From assembly GCA_964016885.1 (NCBI GenBank), contig OZ024762.1:14074001-14138000 (forward strand): DNA of 64,000 nt, given 5' to 3'. The notes beneath the pieces were generated by a model, which saw nothing but the letters and a program-made list of their open reading frames with translations, did not search any database and was not told the origin of the DNA. This DNA comes from Eledone cirrhosa (Eukaryota). This document shows, piece by piece, positions 28,121-42,471 of this stretch (positions within the stretch are counted from its first letter, which is position 1; every line of letters begins with the position of its first letter). The translations under genes and the position numbers were made by a program.

Positions 28121-29104
28121 CACTCTCACAGTATATATACACACACACATACATATATATATATATATTGTGTGTGTATGTGTGTACATATATATATATA
28201 TATATTGCTGTACATGTTTCTTTGTATATTCTTTATTTCTTTCCACCAATTCTTTTCTTGTTTTTTTTTTATTTCATTCATTCATTCATTCATTCATTCT
28301 TTAGTTATTTTTTTCTTTCTTTCCTTCTTTCTTTATATTTATTCCTTTGTTTTTTTGTTGATTTCTTTTTTCTTGTTTTTGTTTTTTTTGTCTTTTTTAA
28401 TTTTTTATCTTTATTTTTATTTTTTATTTTTTTCTTTATTCAATCTGTCTTCTCCACCTTCGAACGAAAAAAATATTCAAAGTGAGATGGATCTATGAAC
28501 ATATTATCGATTATCGAGGATAAAACAAATATATGGCGGCCTTATGGTGGAGGTAGTGGTGGTGCTGTCAGCGGTGGATATGGAGGAAAGGGTGGAGTTG
28601 TAATCTATGTAACAATGTCACAAATCTTGGTATGGCCGTGTCTATAACGAACTCTGTTTCCCAATCACACCATTAGAGATTCGATCTCCCTATTGGGCCG
28701 CCGCCCCCGCTCCACATCAGTTTAAGCTAATATGTTCGTCTTTTCTTCTTCTTCGCCTTCTATCTTCTTTGCCTTCTTCTTCTTTGTCTTTTTCTTCTTT
28801 GTCTTTTTCTTCTTTGCCTTTTTCTTCTTTGCTTTCTTTTTCTTCTTTTTTGCCTTTTCTTCTTCTTTGCCTTTTCTTCTTCTTTGCCTTTTCTTCTTCT
28901 CTGCCTTCTTTTTTTCTTCTTCTTCTTCTTCTTCTTCTTCGCCTTCTTCTTGAACTCAGAACATAAAGGGCTGCAACTCTATGCCACAAAACATATTGTG
29001 CGGTGCTCTACCAATTCTACTGCTAATCTATCACCGTCAAGTAAGCAGTACAATAACAACAACAACAACAACAACAATAAAAACATATATATATCTACAC
29101 TTAC

Positions 29105-29234
29105 CACCAATGTTATTGCGGAAGATTTTAAAAGATATATTGAATTGGTTTTTGATGACGCATTTTTTTCTTAATCTCGAACGCAGGTACCTCCAATCTA
29201 GACGAGAGTTCTGCACCACGTGTCCTGCGAATAT
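29105..29234 (-). CDS. FAS1-domain gene, internal exon e (130 nt, phase 0 in / 1 out)
   Basis: Acceptor atttatcag|ATATTC, donor TTGGTG|gtaagt. Translation IFAGHVVQNSRLDWRYLRSRLRKKCVIKNQFNISFKIFRNNIG parallels exon b (GHVV vs AHIA), and phases fit both neighbours. Confidence 0.85.
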
Positions 29235-29272
29235 CTGATAAATAAATATAAAAAAACACATTAATTGAATGC

Positions 29273-29316
<44 letters not shown>

Positions 29317-29462
29317 AAATGTGTGTAATCCTTGGTACAGTTAGGTATATTAAGATAGGGGGGAAGAAAAATAGCTTCACTTGTGCTTTCAACAAATTTA
29401 TTTTCTTCACAAAATCCAAAAAGAATTTTTCTTAAAAAAATTATTTTATAAATTAAGTTGTT

Positions 29463-29509
<47 letters not shown>

Positions 29510-29510
<1 letters not shown>

Positions 29511-29600
29511 AATGGAAAATATCTTTATAAAACCATATTTATTTTATTTTACATATTTTAAGGGTACCAATATGTTAGTATGCTTTCGTCAGAAAAAATA
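29510..29600 (-). mobile_element. Degenerate copy of the 40942/50618 hammerhead element
   Basis: Shares aatggaaa...tttataaaaccatatttattttatt. Core CTGACGA is present but GAAA is mutated to AAAA. Confidence 0.65.
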
Positions 29601-29800
29601 CAATATTTGGTTTAAAGATGGTGACATATCTTTATATGAACTTAATGTTATAAGTTCATTGAAGATAGTGAATAAATATTCAAAACTCAGGATAAATATG
29701 CTAATGAGGATAATGTTAAAAGTAAAAAGGACCGTTAAGTTTAGACGCTAGATATATTTTAAATAATCATCTAAATTGTTTTTTAAAAGAGGTTTGCTAT

Positions 29801-29830
<30 letters not shown>

Positions 29831-29834
<4 letters not shown>

Positions 29835-29926
29835 AAAATGTTCAAGACCCCGACGGCAGAGTTACCCAAAGTATTGAGTACTCTCGTGCGCTATGGTCCA
29901 CCTGGTTCCTTACCACACATCCTTCG

Positions 29927-29929
<3 letters not shown>
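29831..29929 (+). mobile_element. Internally deleted copy of the hairpin element (single arms also at ~31557-31605 and ~34752-34806)
   Basis: taggaaaa...gaccccgacggcagag is joined directly to the tail tacccaaagtattgagtac...ggttccttaccac, inside (TA)n. Confidence 0.75.
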
Positions 29930-29976
<47 letters not shown>

Positions 29977-30144
29977 ATACTACCATGGGGAGAGGGAGTC
30001 GAGAGTAGAGGGAAAGAGGTGAGAGAGAGGAACAGAGTGGGCAGAGATGGGCACGGTTAGATTTAGTAGAACAAGACACATCACATGTCACTATGGCGCC
30101 TCTTCAAACCCATCAGGAGTTGTTGGCTGAATGTTGGAACAATA

Positions 30145-30177
<33 letters not shown>

Positions 30178-30637
30178 GTGTATATGTGTGTAGATAGATA
30201 TGTGTGTGTACTTATAATATATATATGTATATAAGTATATGTATATGTATATCTATATATATTTATGTGAATATATATGTATCTGTATTTATATATATTT
30301 ATGTGTATATATATGTATATATATATTTGTGTATATATATGTATATATATATATATTTGTGTATATATATGTATATATATATATATTTGTGTATATATAT
30401 GTATATATATATATATTTGTGTATATATATATTTATATATATTTGTGTATATATATATTTATATATATTTGTGTATATATATATTTATATATATTTGTGT
30501 ATATATTTATATGCATGTGTCTGTGTGTGTATGTATATTCATTTATATGCGTATGTATATATATATATATATATATATATTTATAAATATATAAAAATAT
30601 ATATATATATATATTTATTTATATATATATATTTATT

Positions 30638-30669
<32 letters not shown>

Positions 30670-30797
30670 TATTTATATATATATATTTATTTATATATAT
30701 TTATTTATTTATATATATATATTTATTTATTTATATATATTTATTTATATATATATATTTATTTATATATATATATTTATTTATATATATATATATT

Positions 30798-30834
<37 letters not shown>

Positions 30835-30951
30835 ATATATTTATAAATATATATATTTATAAATATATATATATATACATAATGTATATATATAGTGACA
30901 CACACTAAGATATCCAGTCGTACAATCATACGATGATCCATTATCAGCCAT

Positions 30952-30986
<35 letters not shown>

Positions 30987-31004
30987 CACACACATACATA
31001 AATA

Positions 31005-31046
<42 letters not shown>

Positions 31047-31324
31047 TATCGACTTAGACACTTTGAGTTAGATTAATGCGAAGAAGAAGGAGAACAAAAA
31101 ACATAGCTTAAACCTTGATAAAAAACATAAACGAAGCCACAACATAGATGAATGCAGAATGTCTAAATACATCGGAATGGAAAGGAGGACTCCCAAAACG
31201 TTAGGTATCTTAAGTAAAGCTAAATAAGCTGCAGCTTAAACTACCAATAAAGCGAAATTTGAATATCATCTTCCATTAATACTTAAATGGGCGACAAATG
31301 TTTACACGCACACACAGACACGTG

Positions 31325-31416
<92 letters not shown>

Positions 31417-31865
31417 AATGTATACTCTGAGTTCTTTCGTCACACACATGTGACATCAGTGATGCTATTATGTTTCCTTTCGTTGTATTGTTGTGTATAT
31501 ATATATATATATACAACAATATAACGGGAGGAAACATAATAGTATATATATATATATAGGAAAATAGTCAGGCCCCCGACGGCTGAGCTCCTGCCGTTTC
31601 AACAGCAAATTTCACCTCGGAATTGAACTACAAATCAAAACGTAAATCAGTAAAACAACTACCATTTACATTATAACTATAATATTAATTCTACTATTAT
31701 ATATATATATACACACGCACGCGCACACACACATACACACACACATACACACACACACACATACATACATACATACATACATACATTGTATCTCTCTCCG
31801 TCTTTCTCTCTCTCTCTCTCTCTCCCTCCGTCTCCCTCCCTCTCCCTCCCTCTCTCTCTCCCTCC

Positions 31866-31900
<35 letters not shown>

Positions 31901-32359
31901 CCTCCCTCCGTCTCTCTTTCTCTCTCTCTCCCTCCCTCCCTCCGTCTCTCTTTCTCTCTCTCTCTCCCTCCCTCCCTCCGTCTCTCTTTCTCCCTCCCTC
32001 CCTCCCTCCCTCCGTCTCTATTTCTCCCTCCCTCCCTCCCCCCGTCTCTCTTTCTCTCTCTCTCCCTCCCTCCGTCTCTCTTTCTCTCTCTCTCCCTCCG
32101 TCTCTCTTTCTCTCTCTCTCCCTCCGTCTCTCTTTCTCTCTCTCTCCCTCTTTCTCTCTCTCTCCCTCGGTCTCTCTTTCTCTCTCTCTCCCTCCGTCTC
32201 TCTTCCTCCGTCTCTCTCTCTCTCTCTCCCCCGTCTCTCTCTCTCTCTCTCTCTCTATCGTCTTTCTCTCTCTCTCTCTCCATCCGTCTTTGTCTCTCCC
32301 TCCCTCCCTCCGTCTTTCTCTCTCCCTCCGTCTTTCTCTCTCTCTCTCTCTCTCCCTCC

Positions 32360-32390
<31 letters not shown>

Positions 32391-34054
32391 CCTCCATCCC
32401 TCCGTCTCTCTCTCTCTCTCCCTCCATCCCTCCGTCTCTCTCTCCCTGCGTCTCTCTCTCCCTCCCTCCGTCTCTCTCTCCCTGCGTCTCTCTCTCCCTC
32501 CCTCCGTCTCATTCTCTCTCTCTCCCTCCGTCTCTCTCCCCTTCTCTCTCTCTCTCTCTCCTTCCCCCCTTCTCTCCGTATCTCTCTCTCCACCCCCTCT
32601 CTCTCTCTCCATCTCTCTCTTCCTCCTATGGAATCTCCAGCAATGAAGGGAAAGAACTAAGAATCATTAACAGACAAAATGGTGGACTTTCTATCTTTGA
32701 TTAAAGCAAACATTGGCAGCTGTCTTTATAATTCCCAGCTAGAATGGACAAAAGACTGACTGGTCAGTTTTATCAAGCATGCTGTGCAAATATCTACTTT
32801 GGCTTCTTCTTTGACCTTGTCCTAAGATATTAGCAACTTCTTACTGCAGTCTTCCCGCCGTTTTCTGACCATCCACTGACCAAGCAAAAGTTTAGCTATC
32901 AATAGATTTTCTGTATATTAAAGACTAAAGGCTTCAAAAGCTTCGTCATTTATGGCTGGGGGTGGTGGTAGCAGTGGGTGGTGGTGGACATGAAAAGGAT
33001 AGACGTCGCCTTAGGTGATGATAGTGGTTGCAGTGATGGTGGTGTTGATGGTGGTGTTGGTGGTTGTGGTGGTGGTGATGGTAGTGGTTGTAGCGATGGT
33101 GGTGTTGGGGGTGGTAGTAGCAGTGTTGGTAGTGGGGGCAGTGTATAGAAAAGTAGTAGTGTTGCGGAGGTGGTGGTGGTGGTGGTGGTGGTGGAGGTGG
33201 CTGTGATGGTGATAGTTTGTGGTGTTAATGGTGATGGTGTTATTTGGAATTGGTGATGCTGGTGGAGGTGGTGGTGTTGGGGACGAATGGAAGAGTAGAT
33301 AGTACTGTTGACAGATGTAACGGTGGTGGTGGGGGTGGAGATACCGTCGAATCCCAATCACGTCTAATCCGCAATTTTTAATCCGGGATACGGCAGAGAA
33401 TATCTTCCCGTAACGTCATCAGCCACGACAAGCAATTTCACTACCACCACCACCACCACCACCACACCACCACCACCACACCACACCACCACCACACCAC
33501 ACCACCACCACACCACCACATCACCACCACACCACCACCACACCATCACCACCACCACCACACCACCACCACACCACCACACCACCACTCCACCACCACA
33601 CCACCACCACCACACCACCAGCACTACCACCACACCACAATCACCACCACCACACCATCACCACCACCACCACACCATCACCACCACACCATCACCACCA
33701 CCACACCATCACCACCACTTCCACCACTATCACCATCACCACCACTTCCACCATCACCACCACCCACACCACCACCATCACCATCCACACCAACACGATC
33801 ACCGACAGTAACACCACCACCACCCCTCTCACACCACCCACACCCCTTTCACACCACCACCACCACCATCCACACTCGTCACCTGCCATACTTTGGCATC
33901 AATATCTAAGACTACCACAACACTAATATCGATTACCTCAGCCAATATAATATCGATACCTAAAATGACGGAGCGCTCCAACATTAAGATAGCATTTTCT
34001 AATGCCTTCCCCCCACCCCCCATACACACACGTATACACACACGTGTGTACATA

Positions 34055-34087
<33 letters not shown>

Positions 34088-34240
34088 CTATATACACACA
34101 CACACATCTACACACACACACATATATAGTGTAAGTAGTTACGTTGATTATGATAGAAATGTTAATAGGAGAAAAGACTAACGACTTCAAACACAATTTT
34201 CCTAAGACATGCTTCAAGGATCAACACACGCACACGCACG

Positions 34241-34313
<73 letters not shown>

Positions 34314-34444
34314 AACTACACAGATATTCTTTGGTTGTAGCTGTGTAAGTATGGATATATTCTATGGACATAACTTTGATGAAATTTGTCTAAGTATCTG
34401 AATATCACTTAGTTCATGAAACCCGGACTATGAACTAATATGAA

Positions 34445-34645
34445 GGCGCGTGGCTGAGTGGTTAGAGAATTGGATTCGCAATCGTGAGGTTGTGAGTTCG
34501 AGTCCAGGACCGGGCGATGTGTTATGTCCTTGAGCAAGACATTTTATTACATGTTGCTCCTTCTACCTGGAGTTGCGAACGATAGATAGTATTAGCAATT
34601 GGAAAGACCAATGGAAACATTGTTTCCTCGGTCTGATTTGACGAG
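34445..34645 (+). mobile_element. Second tRNA-derived SINE family (partial minus-strand copy at 40781-40878)
   Basis: A box TGGCTGAGTGG and B box GTTCGAGTCC, then gtccttgagcaagacat. The body ttctacctggagttgcg...aaacattgtttcctcgg recurs reverse-complemented at 40781-40878. Confidence 0.75.
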
Positions 34646-34712
34646 CCCCCCCCCCCCCCCCACGCACACACTTGTTAAGCGAATGAGGTCTGGGTTCTTG
34701 TCGATCGACTCT

Positions 34713-34745
<33 letters not shown>

Positions 34746-35256
34746 TCGGATCTAGCTGTCGAAACGGTCGGAGCTCAGCCGTCGGGGTCCTGACTCTTTT
34801 TCCTATAAATATATATATATATATATATAAACTGTATTAACAGTCGTTCATAAAAGTTACTAGTTCAGAATATTGTATAAACTCTCCTTAGAGACGGAAA
34901 AACATGAATCGAGATCTGTCTACAATTTACCGTCTCTAAGGATAACCCACCCAATTTTCACAACTATCATTTCTAACAATCGACCGTTATTAGAGTTTTC
35001 TACATTAGGGACTCTCACATTTTCATATTAAGAAAAAAAACCGCTCCTCACGTTTTAGTAATATATATATTTGGGTGGTAAGGAAATACCACTTTATTAT
35101 TTTGTTTTCGTTAGTATGGTGAATATGCTTAGATCTGGAACTATACTACAATATAACCACCTCCCACCCCTACGAACAACAACAAGAACAACATCAACAT
35201 CAACTAAAACAGAAAACATTAACATCATCAGGGGAGATAAAATAAAGTGAAGTTAC

Positions 35257-35416
35257 CTTTCTTATTACTTGGAAGTCATTCTTAATGTCCTTCATTTTTT
35301 CTCTACCTATTGTCATTAAGAATCCTTCCGAAGGTGCAAACACGCTGATGTTGGTGCTTTCATCTTTAGCCTGCGAAAGGAATTCCGGATCTAGGGATAG
35401 GATTTCGTAAAATTCT
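35257..35416 (-). CDS. FAS1-domain gene, internal exon d (160 nt, phase 2 in / 0 out)
   Basis: Acceptor ttcttcttgtag|AGAATT, donor AGAAAG|gtaact. Translation (R)EFYEILSLDPEFLSQAKDESTNISVFAPSEGFLMTIGREKMKDIKNDFQVIRK contains the H1 motif SVFAPSEGF. Not in the ORF track. Confidence 0.9.
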
Positions 35417-35662
35417 CTACAAGAAGAAGAAGAAATAAAAAAAAATTAAATAAACTAAACTAAAATAAAATGAAATAGAATCAGACAGTGAAAGTTTAAG
35501 ATTACGAATTCAATTTAATGCGAGAAGAAACGATTCATTATAAACCACAGAAAGATGAAAGGCAAAGTTTACCTTGGCAGGATTTGAACTTAGAATGTAA
35601 AGAGACAGAACAAATAACGCAGGGATATTTCATGCGGCGCTCTACCGACGGTCTATATAGGC

Positions 35663-35866
35663 CCCTAGAGATGGGAGATTATGTAAAAAGATGGGTTTAG
35701 AAAAAATAGACCCTAGAGATGGGAGATTATGTAAAAAGATGGCCTTAGAAAAAATAGACCCTAGAGATGGGAGATTATGTAAAAAGATGGCCTTAGAAAA
35801 AATAGCCCCTAGAGATGGGAGATTATGTAAAAAGATAGGCTTAGAAAAAATAGTCCCTAGAGACGG
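35663..35866. repeat. 48-bp tandem repeat, ~4 copies
   Basis: Unit ccctagagatgggagattatgtaaaaagatggccttagaaaaaataga. Confidence 0.92.
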
Positions 35867-36177
35867 GAAAATAGTCCAACGAGGGCATAAAAGACATATA
35901 GGCCCCCAGAGAGGGGAATATTGGAGTGTGACCGTTGAAGTTGTTATCGATAAGGTAACATAGATTGAAATTTGATATATACATTGATTGGTTGATGGGC
36001 AATGAATAAGTGATAGGGCTGAGGATTACATGCATACACACACACATATTTATATATATAAATATATATATATATATACACATACATACATACACGTGTG
36101 TGTGAGTTTGTGTTTGAAGTGAAAACAAACAGGTGCGTGTGTTTTTATTGGAAGCATGAAACTCCCAAAGTATAACT

Positions 36178-36484
<307 letters not shown>

Positions 36485-36567
36485 GTATACTCCAGTCCTA
36501 CAAACTGTAGAGTGCTTCTTATCCGATATCTGCATTGCTTTATTGTACTACAATAAAACTCACCTCC

Positions 36568-36637
<70 letters not shown>

Positions 36638-37155
36638 ACACACATACATAGTGACTGCTTATAGCAAACGTATATCTACTATGTTTTAGGAAGTTTCGTT
36701 AAACACCTACTTTCGTTTATTATTAGAAAATTCTGCTAAGCAGTTCGATAGAATACAATTCACAACATCACACTATACACTCACTAATATATACTACACA
36801 GTGAAACACACACACATATGTATATATATATACATACACCAGTGTAATGTCACATAATACCAGAGAGTTCATGAGATTTGTAGGGTAGCGGGATGGATGA
36901 GGTGGAAAAGAAGATTTAGCTCAAAAGTTTTCTGCAATATATTTCGCCTTCATGATTCTGCTATGGATGTGCGTGTATGTATATATATATGTATGTGTGT
37001 GTGTGTGTGTATATATGGATTTATATTGATGTGTGTGTATATATGTCTATATATAGATGCATATATGTGTGTGTACGTATGTCTAAACATGTTTATAAAT
37101 CTGTGTCTTCTGTGTCCGTGCACGTCTATACACACACACACACATAAACACACAG

Positions 37156-37194
<39 letters not shown>

Positions 37195-37996
37195 CATACA
37201 CACACACACATATATGCGTATATACATGCGTGTCTGTTCGTTTATGATCTTTGGTTCACTGAAGGAATGGCGATGTTGGCGATGCTACTTTTAAAGTTAT
37301 ATGTCGTTCGTTATTTTTGCTGTCGTTTTTGTAATTCTTTCTCTCTTTCTCTCTTTCTCTCTTTCTCTCTTTCTGTCTTTATTTATCGTTATTTTATTGT
37401 ATATGTTTGTTTGTTTATATTTCATTGGCTTTTGTATGTAGAATTTGCTAATCTCTTAAGTGAATAACCGAACAACGAGAATGCATCTCGTTGAAAACGG
37501 TGAATTAAATCTACTGCTATATAAATATCACTAACAAACAAATACATACGGATATTGAAATCTCTGTGTGCGTATATATATATATATATATATGTGTGTG
37601 TATAAATGTATATATATATATATATATATCAATAATATTATTCGTCGTTGTTGTTGTTGTTATATTAGAAAATAATGAAGCTGAGTAAAACTAACGTAAT
37701 CTCAAGTAAAGCTAGTGGGGGAGGGGGTGTCGGAGGATAAACATGATGGTAATGGTGATAGTAACAGTGTTGTTGGAGGCTGCTATTGTTATTATTATTG
37801 TTATAGTGGTGAGGATGATAATGAAATATATATATATAATATATATATATAGAGGGAGAGAGAGAGAGAGGGATGTGTTGGATGTAGAGAATCGTAAAAC
37901 AGTGCAAAAGTGAGAGAGAGGAGGAGAGAGTTTGTGGAAGGAGAGACAGACAGATCGAGAGAAAAGGGAAAGTGGCGGAGAGAGAGAGAGAGGGGG

Positions 37997-38470
37997 GACA
38001 GAGAGACGACGAGGAAGAGAGAGAGAGAGTGAGTGAAAGAGAGAAGAGTGACATGAAGACAAGGAATAAACTAAAGCTAGATTATAGTGCAGAGAGAGAG
38101 AGAGACGACGAGGAAGGAGAGAGAGTGTGAGTGAAAGAGAGAAGAGTGACATGAAGACAAGGAATAAACGAAAGCTAGGTTATAGTGCCGAGAGAGAGAG
38201 AGAGTGAGAGAGAGACGGGGAATGGGAGGCAGAGAGGGAGACAGAGAGACGACGAGGAAGAGAGAGAGAGAGAGCGAGTGAAAGAGAGAAGAGTGACATG
38301 AAGACAAGGAATAAATGAAAGCTAGATTATAGTGCCGAGAGAGAGAGAGAGACGGGGAATGAGAGGCAGAGAGGGGGACAGAGAGACGACGAGGAAGAGA
38401 GAGAGAGAGCGAGTGAAAGAGAGAAGAATGACATGAAGACAAGGAATAAATGAAAGCTAGATTATAGTGC
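37997..38470. repeat. GA-rich tandem repeat of ~100-135 bp, 4 copies
   Basis: gagacgacgaggaag...gagtgaaagagagaagagtgacatgaagacaaggaataaa..aaagctagattatagtgc occurs four times with variable (GA)n. Confidence 0.9.
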
Positions 38471-38615
38471 AAAGACACAAAGTTGCCATATTTAATCTTC
38501 TAAGATCAACAGTTAGTCTAATATATTTTAGATATTTTCTATGCACATTCTTTGTTTTATTAAACCATTTATTTATTTCATGGCGTAGATTTCCTATCCT
38601 ATTACACTAAGATTG

Positions 38616-38687
<72 letters not shown>

Positions 38688-39006
38688 GTAGTAGTAGTAG
38701 TAGTAGTAGTATAGTGTTGTTGTTGTTGTTGTTGTTGTTGATCTTTAGCATTAGTATTGTTATAATGAAAGAGCAAGACGGGAGGAATCCCTTGGTGGTA
38801 GTTTTGCTATCATCTGCAGATGAAGTTTTAGGATTTCGTTCAAGAATACAGCTTCCTGGAAGTATCGATCAATCGATGGATTGATTGGTTGATTGAGTGA
38901 TAGATAGATAGATGGGTGAATTGGATGGATATATCGATGAATAGATATACAGATATAAACGGATATAGATCGATAGATAGATGTATAGATAGATATAGAG
39001 GGATGT

Positions 39007-39490
39007 TTAGATAGGTTTACAGGTGGTTAGATAGGTTTACAGGTGGTTAGATAGGTTTACAGGTGGTTAGATAGGTTTACAGGGGGTTAGATAGGTTTAC
39101 AGGGGGTTAGGTAGGTTTACAGGGGGTTAGATAGGTTTACAGGGGGTTAGATAGGTTTACAGGTGGTTAGATAGGTTTACAGGGGGTTAGATAGGTTTAC
39201 AGGTGGTTAGATAGGTTTACAGGGGGTTAGGTAGGTTTACAGGTGGTTAGATAGGTTTACAGGGGGTTAGATAGGTTTACAGGGGGTTAGATAGGTTTAC
39301 ATGTGATTAGATAGGTTTACAGGGGGTTAGATAGGTTTACAGGTGGTTAGATAGGTTTACAGGGGGTTAGATAGATTTACAGGGGGTTAGATAGGTTTAC
39401 AGGTGGTTAGATAAGTTTACAGGGGGTTAGATAGGTTTACAGGTGTTTAGATAGGTTTATAGGGGGTTAGATAGGTTTACAGGGAGTTAG
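39007..39490. repeat. 20-bp G-rich minisatellite, ~24 copies
   Basis: Unit ttagataggtttacagg(t/g)gg. Confidence 0.97.
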
Positions 39491-39534
39491 AAGATAGACG
39501 GAACGGTGTATAGATACACAGGTATATACGGATG

Positions 39535-39568
<34 letters not shown>

Positions 39569-40003
39569 GACAGGTATTGTTGGATAGATAAATAGATAGG
39601 TAGATAGATGGAAACAGAGATATATGGATGGAAAGGTGCGTAGATACATAGAATAGATATATAGTTAGAGGGGTGGAGAGATGTATAAATAGACACTTGT
39701 GTAGTTCCATAGGTAGATAGAGCGATGGAAGAATAAGTAATAGATTAATGGATTGGTTAATCGATAAATCGATTGGTTAATCGATAAATAGATGGACAGG
39801 TAGATAGATGGGTTGACAGATATTTAGGTGGTTAGATAGATAAATGGATTGATAGATAGATGGATGGGAATATGGGTAGGTGTGTAGATAAATATATAGA
39901 TAGATGGATGGATATATAGATAGATAGATAGATCGATAGATATATAGAGAAAGATAGATAAACAGATATATGTATAGATAGATATAGATAGATAGATAGA
40001 TAA

Positions 40004-40874
40004 ATTTCTTTATTAGCCACAAGGGCACAAAAGAAGGGGACAAATACAAATGGGGAGTTTACATACAGGTATATGAAAATAAAACTATTAATAAAATAAC
40101 AAATAACAATTGAAATCCCCAATAGGGGGGAGGGAGCCGTTAAACAGGAGTTGTACACACCCCGAAAAAATGTACAACCCTCATCTCTAGGAGCACCAAG
40201 AGTGAGTACTCCCCTAGATATGTTTCTTTATTAGCCACAGGGGCACAAAAGAAGGGGACAAATACTCCCCTAGATAGATAGATAAATAGATAGTTGAATG
40301 GATATATAGACATACATTGGTGGAGTCAGATAGATAGATATATGTCTTTATTAGCCACAAGGGCGCACAAGAAAGGGGGGGGGGGGACAAAACAAGGACA
40401 CATATCCGGGGATTTTACATACAATCGTGTAAAAATATTGAAACAAACAAATATAACAATCGAAATCCCCAATAGGGGGGAGGCGTTAGAAATGGGTTGT
40501 TTACTACTCCGCCGATACAACAACCCTCAACTCCAGGAGCGTGTTGTGCAAGTGCTCCTTTCTTCCTGTTGCTCTCTTCCTCAACCTACAGGTTTATATA
40601 CAAAGGAGGCCCCAATCACTCGGGCCATTTTTGCTGATACAGATAAATAGACAGACATACAGACAGGCAGGCAGACAGCTACATAGACAGACAGACAGAC
40701 GGATGGATAGATAGATAGATAGAGATATACACAGACAGACAGACAGTTACACATATAAATGGGTATATCGATTGACTTTTCGTCAAATAGGGCCGAGGAA
40801 ACAATGTTTCCGTTGGTCTTTCCAATTGCTACTGCTATCTATCGGCCGCAACTCCAGGTAGAAGGAGGAACGTG

Positions 40875-40914
<40 letters not shown>

Positions 40915-41496
40915 GATATATTAACAAATGGAAACTATATTTATTTCATTATACATATTTCAAGGACACCAAGTTAAATTATGGTGTGCTTTCATCAGAT
41001 AAAATATAATATAGAGCAGTTTTATAAATAAATATTGACATACCCTTAAAGAATGCGACCATTTCTGTATATATATAAAGAGATAATCAGACAGACAGAC
41101 AGACAGCTACACACACAGATAGATAGATTTCTTTATTAGCCACAAGGGCGCAACAAGAAAGGGGACAATACAAAGACATGCCGGGGATTTTACATACAGT
41201 CGTGTAAAAAATATAAAAACAAACAATATCAACAATCGAAATCCCCAATAGGGGGGAGGCGCCACAAATGGGTTGTTTAATACCCCGTCGATAGAACAAC
41301 CCTCAACTCAAGGAGCGTGTTGTGCAAGTGCTCCTTTCTTCCTTTTGCTCTATTCCTCAACCTACAGGCTTATAAACAGAGAAGGCCCAATCACTCGGGC
41401 CATTTTCGCTTCATTCACCCACCTTTCTGTAAGTTTACTGGGGTGCAGTGCCTCTCTCTCCACCCTGATTCTCCTTCTAAAGTGATACTTAAAGAA
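40004..41496 (-). mobile_element. Four 5'-truncated L1/Tx1-like LINE 3' ends (~40004-40215, 40222-40271, 40345-40634, 41127-41496)
   Basis: All share the end ...tgtggctaataaaga(a/c)a followed by (CTAT)-type tails. The longest copy keeps FFKYHFRRRIRVEREALHPSKLTERWVNEAKMARVIGPSLFISL* (41362-41496). Clade assignment is from recalled similarity, not a search. Confidence 0.65.
40942..41006 (-). ncRNA. Type I hammerhead ribozyme motif
   Basis: TATTTTAT-CTGATGA-AAGCACACCA-loop-TGGTGTCCTT-GAAA-TATGTA-TA-ATGAAATA. Same family as 50618-50861 and 29510-29600. Confidence 0.78.
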
Positions 41497-41722
41497 CAGA
41501 CAGATAGGTAAACGGACAGATAGAAAATAGACGATAATAATAATAATGGTGGTGGTGATGGTGGTAACGCTGATGATGATGATGATATGTTGGAATGAAA
41601 ACTTAGAACTCTAAATCGGATTTATTTCCAGTATATATATCTCTCTAGATTTATATTTTACTAGAAATGTTTATAGAATTTTATATTTCCTGTGTGTCGT
41701 GTTATGTATATAAGTTTGTGTC

Positions 41723-41775
<53 letters not shown>

Positions 41776-41863
41776 ATGTGTGTATGTATATTGTGTGTGT
41801 TTGTGTGTATGTATGTGTATGTGTTTGTGTGTCTGTGTGTATCGGTTTAAATGTGTATATATA

Positions 41864-41899
<36 letters not shown>

Positions 41900-42029
41900 T
41901 GTATGTATGTATGTATGTATGTATGTATGTATGTATGTATGTATGTATGTATGTATGTATGTGTGTGTATTTGTACATCTATGTGTATCGGTTTAAATGT
42001 GTGTATATATATATATGTCTTAATATAGA

Positions 42030-42084
42030 TGAGATTCTACAGGACTAGAACTGTTTCATTCTTTAGAAATCATCAGGAATCTCA
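42030..42084 (-). ncRNA. Minimal type I hammerhead ribozyme motif
   Basis: TGAGATTC-CTGATGA-TTTCTAAAGAAT-GAAA-CAGTTCTAGTCCTG-TA-GAATCTCA. Perfect 8-bp stem I, GUA cleavage triplet, weak stem II. A degenerate copy lies near 56163-56208. Confidence 0.8.
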
Positions 42085-42299
42085 TATATATATGTGTGTG
42101 TTTGTCTGTGTCTGGGTGTGTGTGTTTGTATGTATATACATGTATGCATGTACGTGTCTATATGTATGCATGTGTGTGTCTGTATATATATGTATATGTT
42201 TATACGTGTATGTACGTATGTGTGTGTATGTGTACGTATGTACGTGTGTGTATGTTTATATGTATGTACGTGTGTGTGTGTATGTTTATACGTGTATGT

Positions 42300-42345
<46 letters not shown>

Positions 42346-42432
42346 TTATACGTGTGTGTGTATGTTTATACGTATATGTACGTGTGTGTATGTTTATACG
42401 TATATGTACGTGTGTGTATGTTTATACGTGTA

Positions 42433-42471
<39 letters not shown>

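Noticed and set aside
32880-32965. Extra FAS1 exon (minus strand PAINDEAFEAF resembles the H1 motif)
   Set aside because: A stop follows within a few codons and there is no acceptor. Exons d and e already join in frame.
33340-33430. Hammerhead at a minus-strand CTGATGA
   Set aside because: No correctly placed GAAA/UH and no stem I partner.
34445-34516. tRNA gene
   Set aside because: A and B boxes are present but the acceptor stem does not pair, and the sequence continues into a repeated SINE body.
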